A stretch of 64,000 nt of DNA, taken from contig ML992513.1 of the NCBI GenBank assembly GCA_010093995.1, positions 617,203-681,202 on the forward strand, written 5' to 3'. Of this stretch, positions 24,781 through 37,065 are shown one piece after another (positions within the stretch are counted from its first letter, which is position 1; each line of letters opens with the position of its first letter). The notes beneath the pieces are model-generated. The model did not search any database, was not told the DNA's origin, and was given only the letters and a program-made list of their open reading frames with translations. The position numbers and the translations under genes are program-made. The stretch is from Elsinoe ampelina. Lineage: Eukaryota.

Positions 24781-24858
24781 GCAGAGATCAAGGGTGAATC
24801 AAAGTACGGTAGAGGGTGTAGTGCATCAGTGAATATTTGAAATGGTCGTGGGTTTCCT

Positions 24859-26612
24859 TTAACCAGCAGACGTTACCTCCACGTCGTCCATGACTGCTGT
24901 TGTAAACCCCTTACTCCCAGCACCCTCCTCCGTGACCCTTAGTCCTTCGACGACTGCGGACTGTTCGACCGCAGCGAATCTTCTACTCGCCTTGCTAGCT
25001 GTGGAGTCTTCCGCCTCGGCCGTGAGGCCCTCTTCCTCAAACAGAAGCCGCACTTTGGCCTCGTAGGCTCTGGCATCAGCGACCATCCTCTTGACCACGG
25101 TCTCTGAATCTTCACAGAAGAGTTTCGATAGCCTTCTCAAGTTCTGCACCAGCTTTCTGTCCGTGGAGTATTTGGTGAGCAGGTGGTCCTCGAAGACGCC
25201 TTCCCAAGCATTGGTGTACCTGAGGCTGTCCCAGAACCATATGCTTCTGGATTTCCAGGATTGTTCCATTGTCCGAACCAGATTGATGTTGTGCTCCAGT
25301 CGTTTTTCACACTCGATCTCAGCTAGAATGGCCAGAAACTTGTTCCTCTCAGCCTCGTAGTGCTCGTACTCATCGGTGATCATGTCAAATGGGGTAGGCG
25401 TCATCCATGGATTTACCGACAAAGCTTCGGCTGGTAGTGCATTGATCCATTCCAGATCGACCATGCAGGTAACATTCCAATCATCATCGACGAACAGGTT
25501 GCCCGCATTCAGATCAGTTGGCTGGACGAGATATGGGCCGTAACGCCTCTCCAACGGGATGAAGGTGTGCAAAAGTGCACGTAGCATGACTCGGGCTGTC
25601 AGTCGGTCGCGGGCGTCGGTTGGGTTCAGAACGGAAAGTGGTTCATGAAGTAGAAAGTTGTCAAATACCGAGAGCATGTCGGAGGCGAAAGTCAAGGGAT
25701 CCCCATACGTCTGCCCTGTTTGAATGACCCGTGGCGAGCCCGCAGATTCTGTGACCATGACCGCGACATTCATTGGACGATTGGTCAGACTCACAGTACC
25801 TCTCTCCCTGTCGAATCTGAATGAACCGATGCGTGGCTGCGGTATTCTTGCAAGTGATGCCATGATCCGGGAAATGCCATGGTACAAATTGGTTCGTTTC
25901 ACCGGGTCATTGGAGTATTTCTTCCGAGTGAAGGCGAATGGCTTTCCTACGGATCTATCGATATACTCCAAGAGCATGAAAGCTATTCCAGTCTCCGGTG
26001 CAGACCGTTGCGGGACGTACTGGCCAACCATCGGCCACTTGAGCAGCTCATAAAGCCATTGACGGAACCGATGACGAACACGGACATGCCACGGTTGGAG
26101 ATCGACATGTGTGAACTGGTCAAGCTCAGTGAACAATTCCGATCAAGCGCTATTGGTCTCACCTGAGCACCATCAGAAAATGCAAATGCATAAAGTTTGG
26201 GTATGCGTATGTCGCTGCAGTGTCGCTGCATCCACATGTAGGTAGCTGCCTCAGTATTGACCTTGTCGTCCAGCGCATCTGGGTAGTGTCGGATGGCATG
26301 CATATGGGGCATCGCGACTCGTAGCAGAAGTCTATGCCTTGTCCCTTGATCTTTGTTTCCGGCGAGGACAGGTATGCACAGGTTTGTGCTGCCCTGAATC
26401 CAGAACTTTGGCGGCAAGATCCTACATGTACTCGTTTCCAGCCTTAGATGAGAAGCGACCGTCGCTGCGAGCAACCCTCGGGAGCTCCAAAGCTTTGATT
26501 CTAGTTCCTGAGTATCAGCGATATCCTCCCGATCTCGCAAGAAGTTCGCGCCCTGAGATAGCGCCGCGTTGAGTGAAGTGTCGCCCATGCGGAATGCGGA
26601 CTTTTGAGCCAT
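24859..26612 (-). CDS. Aminoglycoside-phosphotransferase (APH)/kinase-like family protein
   Basis: WIQGSTNLCIPV, LLRVAMP, EAATYMWM..IRIPKLYAF, FMLLEYI, Brenner-like PTDLNAGNLFVDDDWNVTCMVDLEW. Intron 26116-26162. Confidence 0.88.
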
Positions 26613-27699
26613 CCTGGTCTGCGACTTGATGGGACTTGATGAAAAGCAGTGGAGGCACTATCTTCGAGCATCCGAAAGAGATTCGGAATCGTGCCCTTTT
26701 GCAACACGACGTTCTCGATGTGTGAGACATGGTTGGTGTGACTAGTTGCAGGCGCTTGTGCTACCTCACGGCGGGCGATAATAGGTCTGGGAGCCCGATC
26801 TTCTCTTACGATTACTTAAGCATGCCGGTCACCCATCTGGGCGAGACTCTCATCAGACTGTCATTCGGGGACATGTATCCGCGAGACCGGGATCGATTAC
26901 TTCCGTATATACCTAGGAAGAGACCAAATAAAACTTGCGACGGGAGAAAGGTGGTGTTTCAGAGGACGCTCGCAGATACTGCACCCGGCACTGTAGTAGA
27001 TCTTGGGTTTCTAGGCTCCATTCGACAACGAGTTTTCGAGGGCTCGAGGTGACTTTTATTAACCACTACCGGGATGTTGAGCTGTCCATGATCGTCCAGT
27101 GCTCGGCATTCATCTCCATCAAAATGATACTGCAATGATCTGAGCTATCCTAAAAGACCTTGATGACATCACATGCACTGGACCGATGGTTCTGATGAGA
27201 CCCAAGGTGGCTTGAGCATGACTAATGCATACCTCAGGCGCGGAGTCCTGTCAGCTGCCCATTTCGATCAGTCAAATATGTACATTCAGCGGCGTGGTCA
27301 TCACCTCGCAAGCTGCCTGTGGCGCTGCCCTTTCTCCGGAAAGTGCTGTGGACAGACAAAGTAGTAGTCAACATCACTACTAGATTGGACATGCGCTATC
27401 GATCTAATGCTTCAAGAAGACGCAGGGTACGCAAGATGAAGGCAGCGAGTCAAAGCCTCTTTGACTATGGCTGTCACCTTGCAGACGACACATCTGAGTG
27501 TATACCGCAATGCTGACTCAGCCGGTTGGAACATCCCTCTGAAAGTCACAAAGGGCGAGATCATACATCGTTTCAACAGATTGTAACCATGCATCTGCGG
27601 ACCTTCCGGTGCATTCCTTTTTCGTTTATACGTTCTATCACTTCAGGCCCTCACCGATCAGTCCCCGCTGCCTCTACATGTTCGATAGATGGTCAAGCT

Positions 27700-28826
27700 A
27701 TGTCGACATTGACAGGCAGATCTGGCCGGGTATATACCGAAAAGCAGGGCATCCACAAGCGCACCTCAGACGGCAATTACACTATCACTAAAGCAACGTA
27801 TGTCACAAAATGTGAAGCAGCCCAGGATCCATATATCTGACGTATAACCAGGTCCGAGAACGACACATACGTACTTAAGCAAGTCCCGTGGCAGGTCTAC
27901 GAACGTTCGCAACGCATCGCCACCGACTTGGCAGAGTCTCGCCGACTCCGCTTGCATGTTGATTGCAATGACGAACACAAAATTCTCGTGCATCCGTACA
28001 TGCGTGAGAATCTTCTCACCTTGGTCACGAGGAGTGTCCAGCCAGAGCTTGATTTCCACTCACGGAGGAAGATCTTGCGAGAAGTGGGCGAGGCGATCAG
28101 AGAGCTGCATCACAGCGGATGGGTGCACAATGGTTCGTCACATGCGCAGCACTTCTATCTCCGTAGTGGTCAGCGAAGTACTGACTATCACCACAGACCT
28201 CAAACCAGACAACATCCTGGTCAATTGGACCAATGACGATCGGAATCACAAAATCATCACCGATGTCATCCTCGGGGACTTTGACATAAGTCTGAAACAA
28301 GGAGACGCTGATCCACGTCACGAGCAATACGCTGTCGGCAACGTCATGTGGCGGAGCCCAGAGGGCCAAATCGGCAGGAGAGGAACAACCATGTCCGATG
28401 TCTATTCCTTCGGCCTAGTGGTGAGTGGCCCACGTGCAATCCAGCACAGACTGACAGCGCTCACAGTTCATATTCGTCCTCGGCGGTGCTGATCTTCTCA
28501 TCATCGACGACGCTCAAGAACTGGCACGGCTTGATATCATTCCCGAGCAATACATCGTGAACCGTCACTTTGCATATTTCGGCCCCGTGCCGCAAAGTTT
28601 CATCGACGGCCTTGCTGACGAGACCTGGCGTCAGAGGTTTCGACAATCGGCTGATGCAGCAGAGAGGATGGCGGCGGAGAGACCCGAGATGAGATTATCT
28701 TATTGGGGCCAGGATCTAGGTCCCGAGGCACTCCAGCTTGTGGCAGCCATGACGAGCCTGGAACCTGCGACGAGGCCAAGCATAGATGAGATCATGGCGC
28801 ATGAATGGTGGACTATTGACGATTGA
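27700..28826 (+). CDS. Divergent Ser/Thr protein kinase
   Basis: Spliced model (introns 27798-27851, 28133-28196, 28421-28466) gives YVLK, LHHSGWVHNDLKPDNILV, LGDFDIS, GNVMWRSPE, SDVYSFGLV, RPSIDEIMAHEW. Alternative in-frame ATG at 27589. Confidence 0.88.
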
Positions 28827-29068
28827 CGGTCGTGAAGTCAGCCGGGGTCCAGTGTTCAGATTGTGCGGGCACTGTAAGAGGAATCCTCAGGAAGCCTGGT
28901 ACGATATGGGTCAACAGGATTGGCGTCTGAGATGAAGGGCGTCCTGACTATTGATCAGTAGCCCGTGTGCAATGAAGCGCTTGATGGAGTTCACGTGCAG
29001 GTAAGTGGAGGTCACCTGGGGGAACCCTAGCAGAGCTTTTGCTTGTAAGAATCACAGTGGTCAAATGC

Positions 29069-30697
29069 TTATCTGGCTGCCGATAATTTCAAAAGCTCCA
29101 TCAGTTCCTTGCGTTGCTCGATCATCTGCTCCTTCTCTTCCCTCAACTTCTCCTTCTCTTGCTCCTTCTCTTCCCTCAACTTCTCCTTCTCTCGCCTCAT
29201 CTCTTCCCTCATCTGCTCCATCAGCCTCTGCTGAGAATTGACGCTGTTGGTCAACAGCTCCTGTAGTCGGTTGTTCTCCTGTTGCATCCGCGCCTCATAC
29301 TGCTCTTGCCTCTGCTGCAAAAGTATGCTGTTAGTCAACTGCTCTCGCAGGCGATCATTCTCCTGTTGCAGCCTCGCTGTGGATGGCAGTGATGGCTTCT
29401 TAAACTGCCCATGCCCTTGTGCGGATGACTGGCTGGGTTGTGAATCTTGCATGAGCTCTGGCTGTGAGATGAGGTCCGAAGTTGGTCTGTTGACCAAAGT
29501 CCGAAGGGCACTCTTGATCCTCGCTATGTGTTGAGGGAGGAATGTCTCGTAAATGGCACGGCACAATCGATAAGGTTTACCCCAATCCGGGGATGCGGAT
29601 TGAGTTGCAATATCAGCTGCGTACAGTCGGTGGCGGTAAAATGTGGCCTTGCCATCTTTGATAGACGCAAAATGACCAAAGACCTTCACGTTGCTGTCGT
29701 TGTGGGCTACTGAGAATGCAAGTAGTTCCCGGTCGATTTGATCCAAGGCTGAAGTCTTCCTATATAGTTGTACTATCGAATTGACGGCAATGCTGGCACC
29801 GTGCATGGCTTGCCGTTCCGCTTCCATGATCGGTCTGTCACTGCTTTTGACCTCGCAGATCAGGAAAGGGAAATACATGCCTTCCGGGAAAGTGGTTGGG
29901 CAAAATGGCGTATGTTCCAGGCGGAGTGTTTTCATCTCATCCTCATCAAAAGCGCTCGCCGCTACACCCACGGCAAAATCGGGCTTTGGCCTTGGACCAC
30001 ACAAGGTGGCACACTGTAGCCATTCCGCATCAAGAGCTTCGCACACGTGTTCCAGTCCCGAGTCATCGTCTAGTGAAAGTAGCTCCGGTGAGGGGACAAG
30101 GAAAGGTGTGGCATCCCTGATGATCCGGGCCTCGTTACAGAAGCGTATGCGGTCCAGAACCCTCAAGAGCTTCCCTTCGTGGAGCAGTGGTCCATCAGGG
30201 AGGGGATAGTGAGAGGATAACAGCACAGTAAGAAGATCCTCACTGGCCCTCGACATTTTTACTTCGGTCTGATATTCGCTCATGACAAGACCAGCTTCGC
30301 GCATTTTCTCTTCGTGCCTCCTAGTCCATGCAGCGGGTGAGTCACCATCGCGGACGCTTTGGCTGTAGCTCGTCTGAGAGCGTAATCTTTTATTGTTGCC
30401 CTCATCCATCTTAGTCTCAATGTCAGAGATTCTTCTCGGCCACTCTTCGAAGTACTCTGCCCAATCAACGAATGGTTCACTGTCCGCTTGACTCTGCTCG
30501 GAGATTGGTTTCCGCTTCTTCTCGGGACGGTCGACCTTGAGATCATCACCGGTATGCTTCCTCTTATTGACCCTCCCAGACTGGTCGTGTTCCGGAGAGT
30601 CGCTACGAGTATCGAGCGGGGTGCCTCCGTCTTTGTGCAATCGCCCAGCGTGATCTCCTCCCGGGGATGCTGTGGTCGAGGGCGGCGAAGGTGGCAT
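29069..30697 (-). CDS. PD-(D/E)XK nuclease-fold protein (DUF7924-like) with C-terminal coiled coil
   Basis: PKPDFAVG..YFPFLICEVKS..EAERQAMHGASIAV..AFSVAHN is a typical fungal restriction-endonuclease-like signature. Q/E/K-rich helical tail. Confidence 0.75.
   Translation of the reverse strand: MPPSPPSTTASPGGDHAGRLHKDGGTPLDTRSDSPEHDQSGRVNKRKHTGDDLKVDRPEKKRKPISEQSQADSEPFVDWAEYFEEWPRRISDIETKMDEGNNKRLRSQTSYSQSVRDGDSPAAWTRRHEEKMREAGLVMSEYQTEVKMSRASEDLLTVLLSSHYPLPDGPLLHEGKLLRVLDRIRFCNEARIIRDATPFLVPSPELLSLDDDSGLEHVCEALDAEWLQCATLCGPRPKPDFAVGVAASAFDEDEMKTLRLEHTPFCPTTFPEGMYFPFLICEVKSSDRPIMEAERQAMHGASIAVNSIVQLYRKTSALDQIDRELLAFSVAHNDSNVKVFGHFASIKDGKATFYRHRLYAADIATQSASPDWGKPYRLCRAIYETFLPQHIARIKSALRTLVNRPTSDLISQPELMQDSQPSQSSAQGHGQFKKPSLPSTARLQQENDRLREQLTNSILLQQRQEQYEARMQQENNRLQELLTNSVNSQQRLMEQMREEMRREKEKLREEKEQEKEKLREEKEQMIEQRKELMELLKLSAAR
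29127..29192. repeat. Perfect 33-bp tandem duplication inside the coiled-coil coding region
   Basis: TGCTCCTTCTCTTCCCTCAACTTCTCCTTCTCT occurs twice (29127-29159, 29160-29192), encoding EKEKLREEKEQ twice on the minus strand. Confidence 0.95.
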
Positions 30698-32470
30698 GTT
30701 CGCATGTGTACGAGGAATCTATACGTCGTGAATTTTCCAGGCAGCAGACCGGCGGCTGGATCTGAGATGCGCCCAGTATTAGCGCCGTGTTTTGGAGAGA
30801 GCAGGCCTGAAGGGGTTGATAGGTCCAAGGTCGTCCGATGCCCGAAGCCTTGGTGAGTCAGCTTCTCCCCGCATGGTCAGAGCTCGAGGCTGGCTCTCGA
30901 GCACTTCATCACACAAACATCATCACATCTATGCTCGACTCGTACCCATTGGAATGCATATGACCGTCAAGCGCTACGCAGGAAGGCTACATGCTGTCGC
31001 CTCTCCATGAAACCGCGCTAGAAATTTGCTCCGATAGAGCATCGAAGAATGATACAGACTCCTTCGCTAGATCATGCGGTTTGCCTTCGCCGCCTGCTCG
31101 ACCTATAGACCGTCCACCGAAGCCGGCTCAAGGATCAAAGCCCGAGAGCCAATGGATAACAAGGCATTTTTTTTGATCGAGTCCCTCATCTCAGTCCCCA
31201 ATGATCTGAGTTCAAAGAGACACAACACCGCTGATTCGAAGCGTTGACATGATTTTATTGCAAGAGAAGACCAGCCGTGGCTTAATCTCGCCAACAGCAA
31301 CAAGCATGACAAATCGGTGGGGTGATAGAATTAAGGTGGGCTCGGGTCTTGCGGTATTGCTACATAAATTCGCTTTTCGTCAGCGACAAGCAGTAAAACC
31401 CGCACATTCATAGGTTGACTCGATCAAACGCAATTGCTTCGCCATATGATATGCAACCTTAATCTCACATCAAAGCCGATAAACAGCACATCTTCATCAT
31501 ATCCCGTACACTACCCAATGGCCCATAAACTCTAGCGGAGCGATCACGACCCTCACTTCTCTCGGAAGCGCCCTGCCCTCACTCCTCTCAGCGGACTTCA
31601 TGATCGAGCTCCGCTTCTACATCTCCGCCCGTTTCGGGCCGCCGACGGGTCTCCTCCCCGACCTCTCTGCCCTGGATTGGCTCCAGGTTCAGCGCCTCAG
31701 GCTCATCACGAGCGCTACCTTCCCTCGTTTCGCGCTCCTGGAGACGGCAATGCAGCGCATGCGATGGGGGAGCAACTCGTGAGGCTGGAAGTGTGGGCGG
31801 AGCCTGGGGGAAGGGCGGTGGATAACCGTGGGCAGATTAGGGGGCGAGGTATGATGGATGTGGTGGGGTCGGCTGGGCGGGAATGGGCGGAGCTGAGGGC
31901 GGTGTGGCGCAGGGTGCGGTGTCGTGGGCGGGTCGTGTTGGGGTTGACTGGGGGGGAGCCGATGCGATCGGGTGGGGGGAGGGATGGGCCGAGGGGTGGG
32001 TCGAACAGGCTGCGAGACCTGGAGGTCAGGCGGAGGCGGAGGCTGAGGGGTTGAGTGGTGGTGGAGGCGGTGGGAGCAAGGGGGCTCGTTGATGGGGCAG
32101 ACCTGGTGGCGACGGCGGTGGGATGGGAAGGGGTCGTTGAGGGGGTTGGTGGTGTGGGTGGATGCTGGCGTTGAGATGGGGTAGATGACCTGGTTCCTGC
32201 AGGCATTAGTGTTGGCGAACATCATCTGGTAGTACCCGGCGAACAGACATGACAAATAGCAATACACGATGTAATCTTCCTCCTTTGACAAACGAGTCCC
32301 ACATTGGTATGGTGAGACGACGTACATGAGAGAGGATACACGACAGACATAGTCACAGGTGGGGGGACACAGGTAAAGATTCGTGGAATTGTACATGTAA
32401 AAACCATTCAAAGTATGTCAGCAGGGTATAATAGGTCCACAACCAAAGATCAAACGCTTGCGCCACCCAA

Positions 32471-33997
32471 TTAGTTGTTAATCATGCCGATGCTGGTATT
32501 TCTGTGACCATTGGAATTGCCCAGTACTGTTGCGAGAGGATCGATAGACTGTGCTGTTGTACCGGTCTGGTGGTGATCATGGTCTATTGATCCGATACGA
32601 GGAATGAGAGGCGGGAGAGCTTGCATAGAGTTCAAGTCGTTGGCGCTGTTCAAGAGATGTGCAAGAGGATGTGTAGAGTCAATTGCACCAGGCACATCAG
32701 TAAACCAGGTGTCGTCCATGGGCGGAAGAGAGATGTTGAAGTTGGTGTTCGAGGATGGTGCGGCCGCCTGCGCCGTTTGCTCGGGCTGGGAAGCTGGAAC
32801 AACTGAGAGTTTTGGCAGCGATGTTGCTGATGGCCGGCTATCCGTGGGAGGCTTGGGTTGGGAGCGCATCTGAGCGCGAGGCTTAGATGGCTTGGGTGCT
32901 AGCCCTGCCTTCTTGTACTGGTCCGAAAATCGTGTCCGGATCCGGTCACGGATGTCAGTGGGTGTTCTCTTCTTCAGGACAGGATCAAGTTGGATGGATG
33001 TCCACGATGGTCCGTACCGGCCGAACCCTCTCAAAAGAGCAGCATCTTCTTCCTCGGACCACTTTGTACGTTGTCTCCGCTTAGCTCGAGGCAGGTCAAG
33101 ATCAGCACTCTGCGATATTGCGCTGGGACCATTTCCTGGTCGACTCTGGGCAGCAGCGGCAAGATGCGCAGCTTGTGAAAGATCTGGCGGATTTCTCATG
33201 TACTCGGCATAAATCTGATAGTGCATGAGCATATCTTTGTTTGAGCACACGACCCGGAAGCGGTCTTTCAAGTCAGTGGCAGTCCGATGGTTGAAAGAGT
33301 ACTCGGAGCAAGTAAGGATCTTCTTCCAATTTCCAGCACCGAATTGTCGTACACCTTGGAGCAGTGCGTGCGTCTCCTCGTCAGTCCATTTGTTTCGCCT
33401 CGTTGGCCGATGACCGGATGCAGGGACTTTGATGACCACTGTTTTTGATGTATTCTGCGTCGCGGGCTGCGACGGTCCCGGCTGCGCGGTGGATTTGTCA
33501 TTTTGCTGTTGGGTCTGCTGAGCCGGCCGGCGGTTCTCAGCATCCATAGGCGGAAGCAATCCAGCATTGGGTGGCGGCTGATGGAGTCCTTGCAATACAG
33601 GTGGAACTTGATGTCTCGGCCGCTTCATCCCCTGTTGAGCTGGAGGTGGGAGTGTATAACGCGCTGGATCAATATCTCGAGGAATCGCATACGCTGTGCC
33701 CTCTCCAGTCGGGCTCTCGCCATCCTGAGGAATAACTGTGGCGTTTGGAGCAGTCGATGCATGTGGAGGCTTCGAGCTTGGTGGAATTGATACACCTAAT
33801 TCCTTGGCCACATTTCTCGAGGATTTGTGCAATCGAGAGTCGCGGAGCACTCGGAGAAGTTCTCCATTGGTCTGACTCTCCAGCTGCTTGCTACTTGAGG
33901 ACTCGTGCCTATGGCTGATATCGCTGGGCTCCACAGGATTCGGTCTATTGATAAAGTCAAGCGACGTCGGTTGAAAGTTGCCTTGAAGGTTGTTCAT
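32471..33997 (-). CDS. Double Myb/telobox-domain DNA-binding protein (Tay1/Teb1-like)
   Basis: Two TRF-type Myb repeats: RNKWTDEETHALLQGVRQFGAGNWKKIL..RTATDLKDRFR and RTKWSEEEDAALLRGFGRYGPSWTSIQ..RTPTDIRDRIR. Also LQGLHQPPPNAGLLPPM. Start uncertain. Confidence 0.85.
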   Translation of the reverse strand: MNNLQGNFQPTSLDFINRPNPVEPSDISHRHESSSSKQLESQTNGELLRVLRDSRLHKSSRNVAKELGVSIPPSSKPPHASTAPNATVIPQDGESPTGEGTAYAIPRDIDPARYTLPPPAQQGMKRPRHQVPPVLQGLHQPPPNAGLLPPMDAENRRPAQQTQQQNDKSTAQPGPSQPATQNTSKTVVIKVPASGHRPTRRNKWTDEETHALLQGVRQFGAGNWKKILTCSEYSFNHRTATDLKDRFRVVCSNKDMLMHYQIYAEYMRNPPDLSQAAHLAAAAQSRPGNGPSAISQSADLDLPRAKRRQRTKWSEEEDAALLRGFGRYGPSWTSIQLDPVLKKRTPTDIRDRIRTRFSDQYKKAGLAPKPSKPRAQMRSQPKPPTDSRPSATSLPKLSVVPASQPEQTAQAAAPSSNTNFNISLPPMDDTWFTDVPGAIDSTHPLAHLLNSANDLNSMQALPPLIPRIGSIDHDHHQTGTTAQSIDPLATVLGNSNGHRNTSIGMINN

Positions 33998-34446
33998 GTC
34001 CAACAAGACGTCTAGGGACGTCTCAAGACGCGCAGATCAGGTTGCCGGCGCCAATCTCATACTCGTGCCACCTGATGTCTTCACTGCCTTTGCCGAGCGT
34101 GAGTGATTAGTAAGACACCTCGGAAACGATCTCGGTGCCTTTCTGCTGTCGTCGCGAAGATCGTTGAGGATACGGAATTGTTGTCGTGGATGTCAGCTGA
34201 GGAAGATGGCAAATCAGCACTGCACGACGTCGGCTTCATGTCTCCACTTCTCGGGGAGAAGGCGTTCCGACGTTGGATCCACTGGGCTTGACCCCTTCGA
34301 GCGCTTGGCAGAAAGCCAACCGGTGCTGGAATATCTATTCGCCGAAGACTTCACGCTAGCACTGATTGGTCGACCACGAAAATCACCTACTTGAACTTTT
34401 GATCTCGACTTTGTCTCCTCAGCGAAACCAAGCACATATCGCCAAC

Positions 34447-35403
34447 ATGGGTCGTGGTCCAAAGAAGGTACAATTTCAATCGCATTGATAGTCGCGGGCG
34501 CATACTCACATCTCCAACAGCACCAACACCGTCTATCGGCACCAAGCCACTGGCTCTTGGACAAGTTGTCCGGAGCATACGCTCCAAAGGCCTCGCCAGG
34601 TCCTCACAAGCTTCGCGACTCGCTACCCTTGATCGTCTTCATCAGGAACAGGTACGGTGGTTCGATAGAGAGCATTGGTTCATGGTCTGATAGTCTCCCA
34701 GGCTGAAGTATGCGCTCAACGCCCGCGAGACCAAGGCCATTGTCATGCAGCGCCTGATCAAGGTCGACGGCAAGGTCCGTACCGATGCCACCTACCCAGC
34801 CGGTTTCATGGATGTCATTTCCATCGAGAAGACTGGCGAGAACTTCCGCCTCGTCTACGACACCAAGGGTCGCTTCACTGTCCACCGCATCACCACAGAG
34901 GAGGCAGAGTACAAGCTAGGAAAGGTCAAGAGAGTACAACTGGGCAAGGGCGGGATTCCATTCTTGGTTACGCATGATGCTCGCACGTAAGTCGCATCTA
35001 TCAGCCGTTGGACCAAGTTTTGGTGATCCGCAGAAATGCTGATATTGGACACAGGATCCGTTACCCAGACCCTGCCATCAAGGTCAACGACACTGTCAAG
35101 ATTGACTTGTCAACCGGCAAGATCGCCGACTTCATCCAGTTTGACACTGGTGTGATCGCCATGGCCACCGGTGGTCGCAACATGGGTCGTGTTGGTGTAA
35201 TCACTCACCGTGAGAGGCACGATGGAGGTTTCAACATTGTCCACATCAAGGATGCCGTCGACAACGAGTTCGCCACCCGTGAGAGCAACGTTTTCGTCAT
35301 TGGCTCTGAGAAGCCATGGATCAGTCTGCCCAAGGGCAAGGGTGTAAAGCTGTCCATCGCCGAGGAGAGAGATCGTCGCAGGGCTTACAACCTTGCTCAC
35401 TAA
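34447..35403 (+). CDS. RPS4: 40S ribosomal protein S4 (eS4)
   Basis: [57 protein letters not shown]. Introns 34468-34520, 34652-34701, 34987-35054. Confidence 0.99.
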
Positions 35404-37065
35404 ATACCCTTCTTCTCTTTTTGGGTTGTTGCATGGCTCACGAGCAGCGTGTCGCTGCAGGCGTCCTCTGGCAATGGAAGCCATGGCATTCAAAATAGCG
35501 AGTATCAATGAGAATCATCAACGCCAATTGGTCGCCCCACCGCAACAGACGCCCATGTGCTCGTGTAATGTTCTTGACCTTGTAACTCATCGAAACGTTC
35601 CACTGCATCTTAGCTTCTCACAGTGGTATCGTACTCCCGCTCGCCGCTTACCAATGGACCAATTTGCGACCGAGTGCTGGGATCCGCAACATTCTGGACG
35701 TAGACGCTTCAATTTGTCTAGGGCTGTTCCGAATCTTCTCCTGCCAAGTATGCGACGCGCCAGCCGCCTCTTCGCATGTTCACGCAGTGAGCCTCGTCCT
35801 CCATCCTCGTCCACACCTGGGGCTTCGCGACATGTACATCTCTTACCCAACCCTGGAGGTACACCTCACATGTAAACGGTGGCAGAATTCCCCTTGCTTA
35901 CTATGATGAAGAGCATCATATTGGAAGAGCTCGTTGTCCCAAGCAAGTGGATCATTCAATCGGAAGCGTGCCCTACAAGCACAAGTCCTTGGCTGTATCA
36001 TAGAGCGTGGCATCACCATTCTTCACGCCTTGCGGCGTTAGTGGTGCTGGACGAAGCACTGATCTGCCGCAGATCATAGATACTATGCAGTGTCGTATGG
36101 CTCCACTGGCATCCCGTACAAACCCGCAATCATCCGACGTCTTCCTGTACCTCACTTTCAGCACAGAGTCACTCGCGCTGTGAAGTGCCTTGGAACTCAA
36201 GTCCATGTCAAGGTTGACTAATTGTATAGGAGTCATATCATCATGCTGACGCTGGTACTTGCACGGGGTCTCCAGCAAGAGTCTTTGGCCCTGCTAGAGC
36301 GTGCTGTTGATAGCGCGTGAATGTTACCGGGTTCAGGAAGTGGAGCCGATCCTAAGAACGATGCGCCCAATGGTGGTCCTCCAATATTGCACGAACTTCG
36401 ACAGGGTAGAGTACACACCTTTCCTGAAGCTTGAGCAGTATCTCTGATGTTTCGCGGAAATCTCCTTCCACCTCGTCGCCTCCTCTTCGACTGGCTGCCT
36501 TGATACACCATCAGCACTATATGTTGTCCTCGCCCCACGGCAGGACGACATGTGCAGGACAACTCTTATGCTAAGGGAGATGACTGTAGTACATAGCCCT
36601 ACATCCGGTGCATCATTGAATACTCAGGGCTCACTCCCAAATTTGAAGCACGGCTTGACACGGAATCTACCATATCGCTTCCGCTGTCGAACCCACGTCC
36701 TCTGCTTGGCGTAGGCTATGGCTCACCGACATCTGACATACCAAGACATCACTGGAGCCATCATATCTCGGTACGTCCACTCTGCCAACGCCGCCCTGTG
36801 CCGAAACAAGGAGGCAGTAAGGGCATCGGGACTCGACATACCGTAAGTCCGCTCCTTCATCAACAAAATCAAGATGAACGGAGGAGAGGTGGGTGCTTGT
36901 GGAAAGGGGCTGTCGCGGCCACTGGGTCTGATCTTTGCATACAAAATCGACAGATTTTGTCTCGTTGTGTGATCGACATTATCTTCACTCTCTTCTAGTA
37001 GTTCTGTTGCTACCATTCCTGTCTGAGTGTTTCTGCCGGTCAGATCACCTTGCTCCAATACCACA

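Noticed and set aside
24100..31400. Intact transposon or Starship element
   Set aside because: No transposase, tyrosine recombinase, LTR, TIR or target-site duplication was visible.
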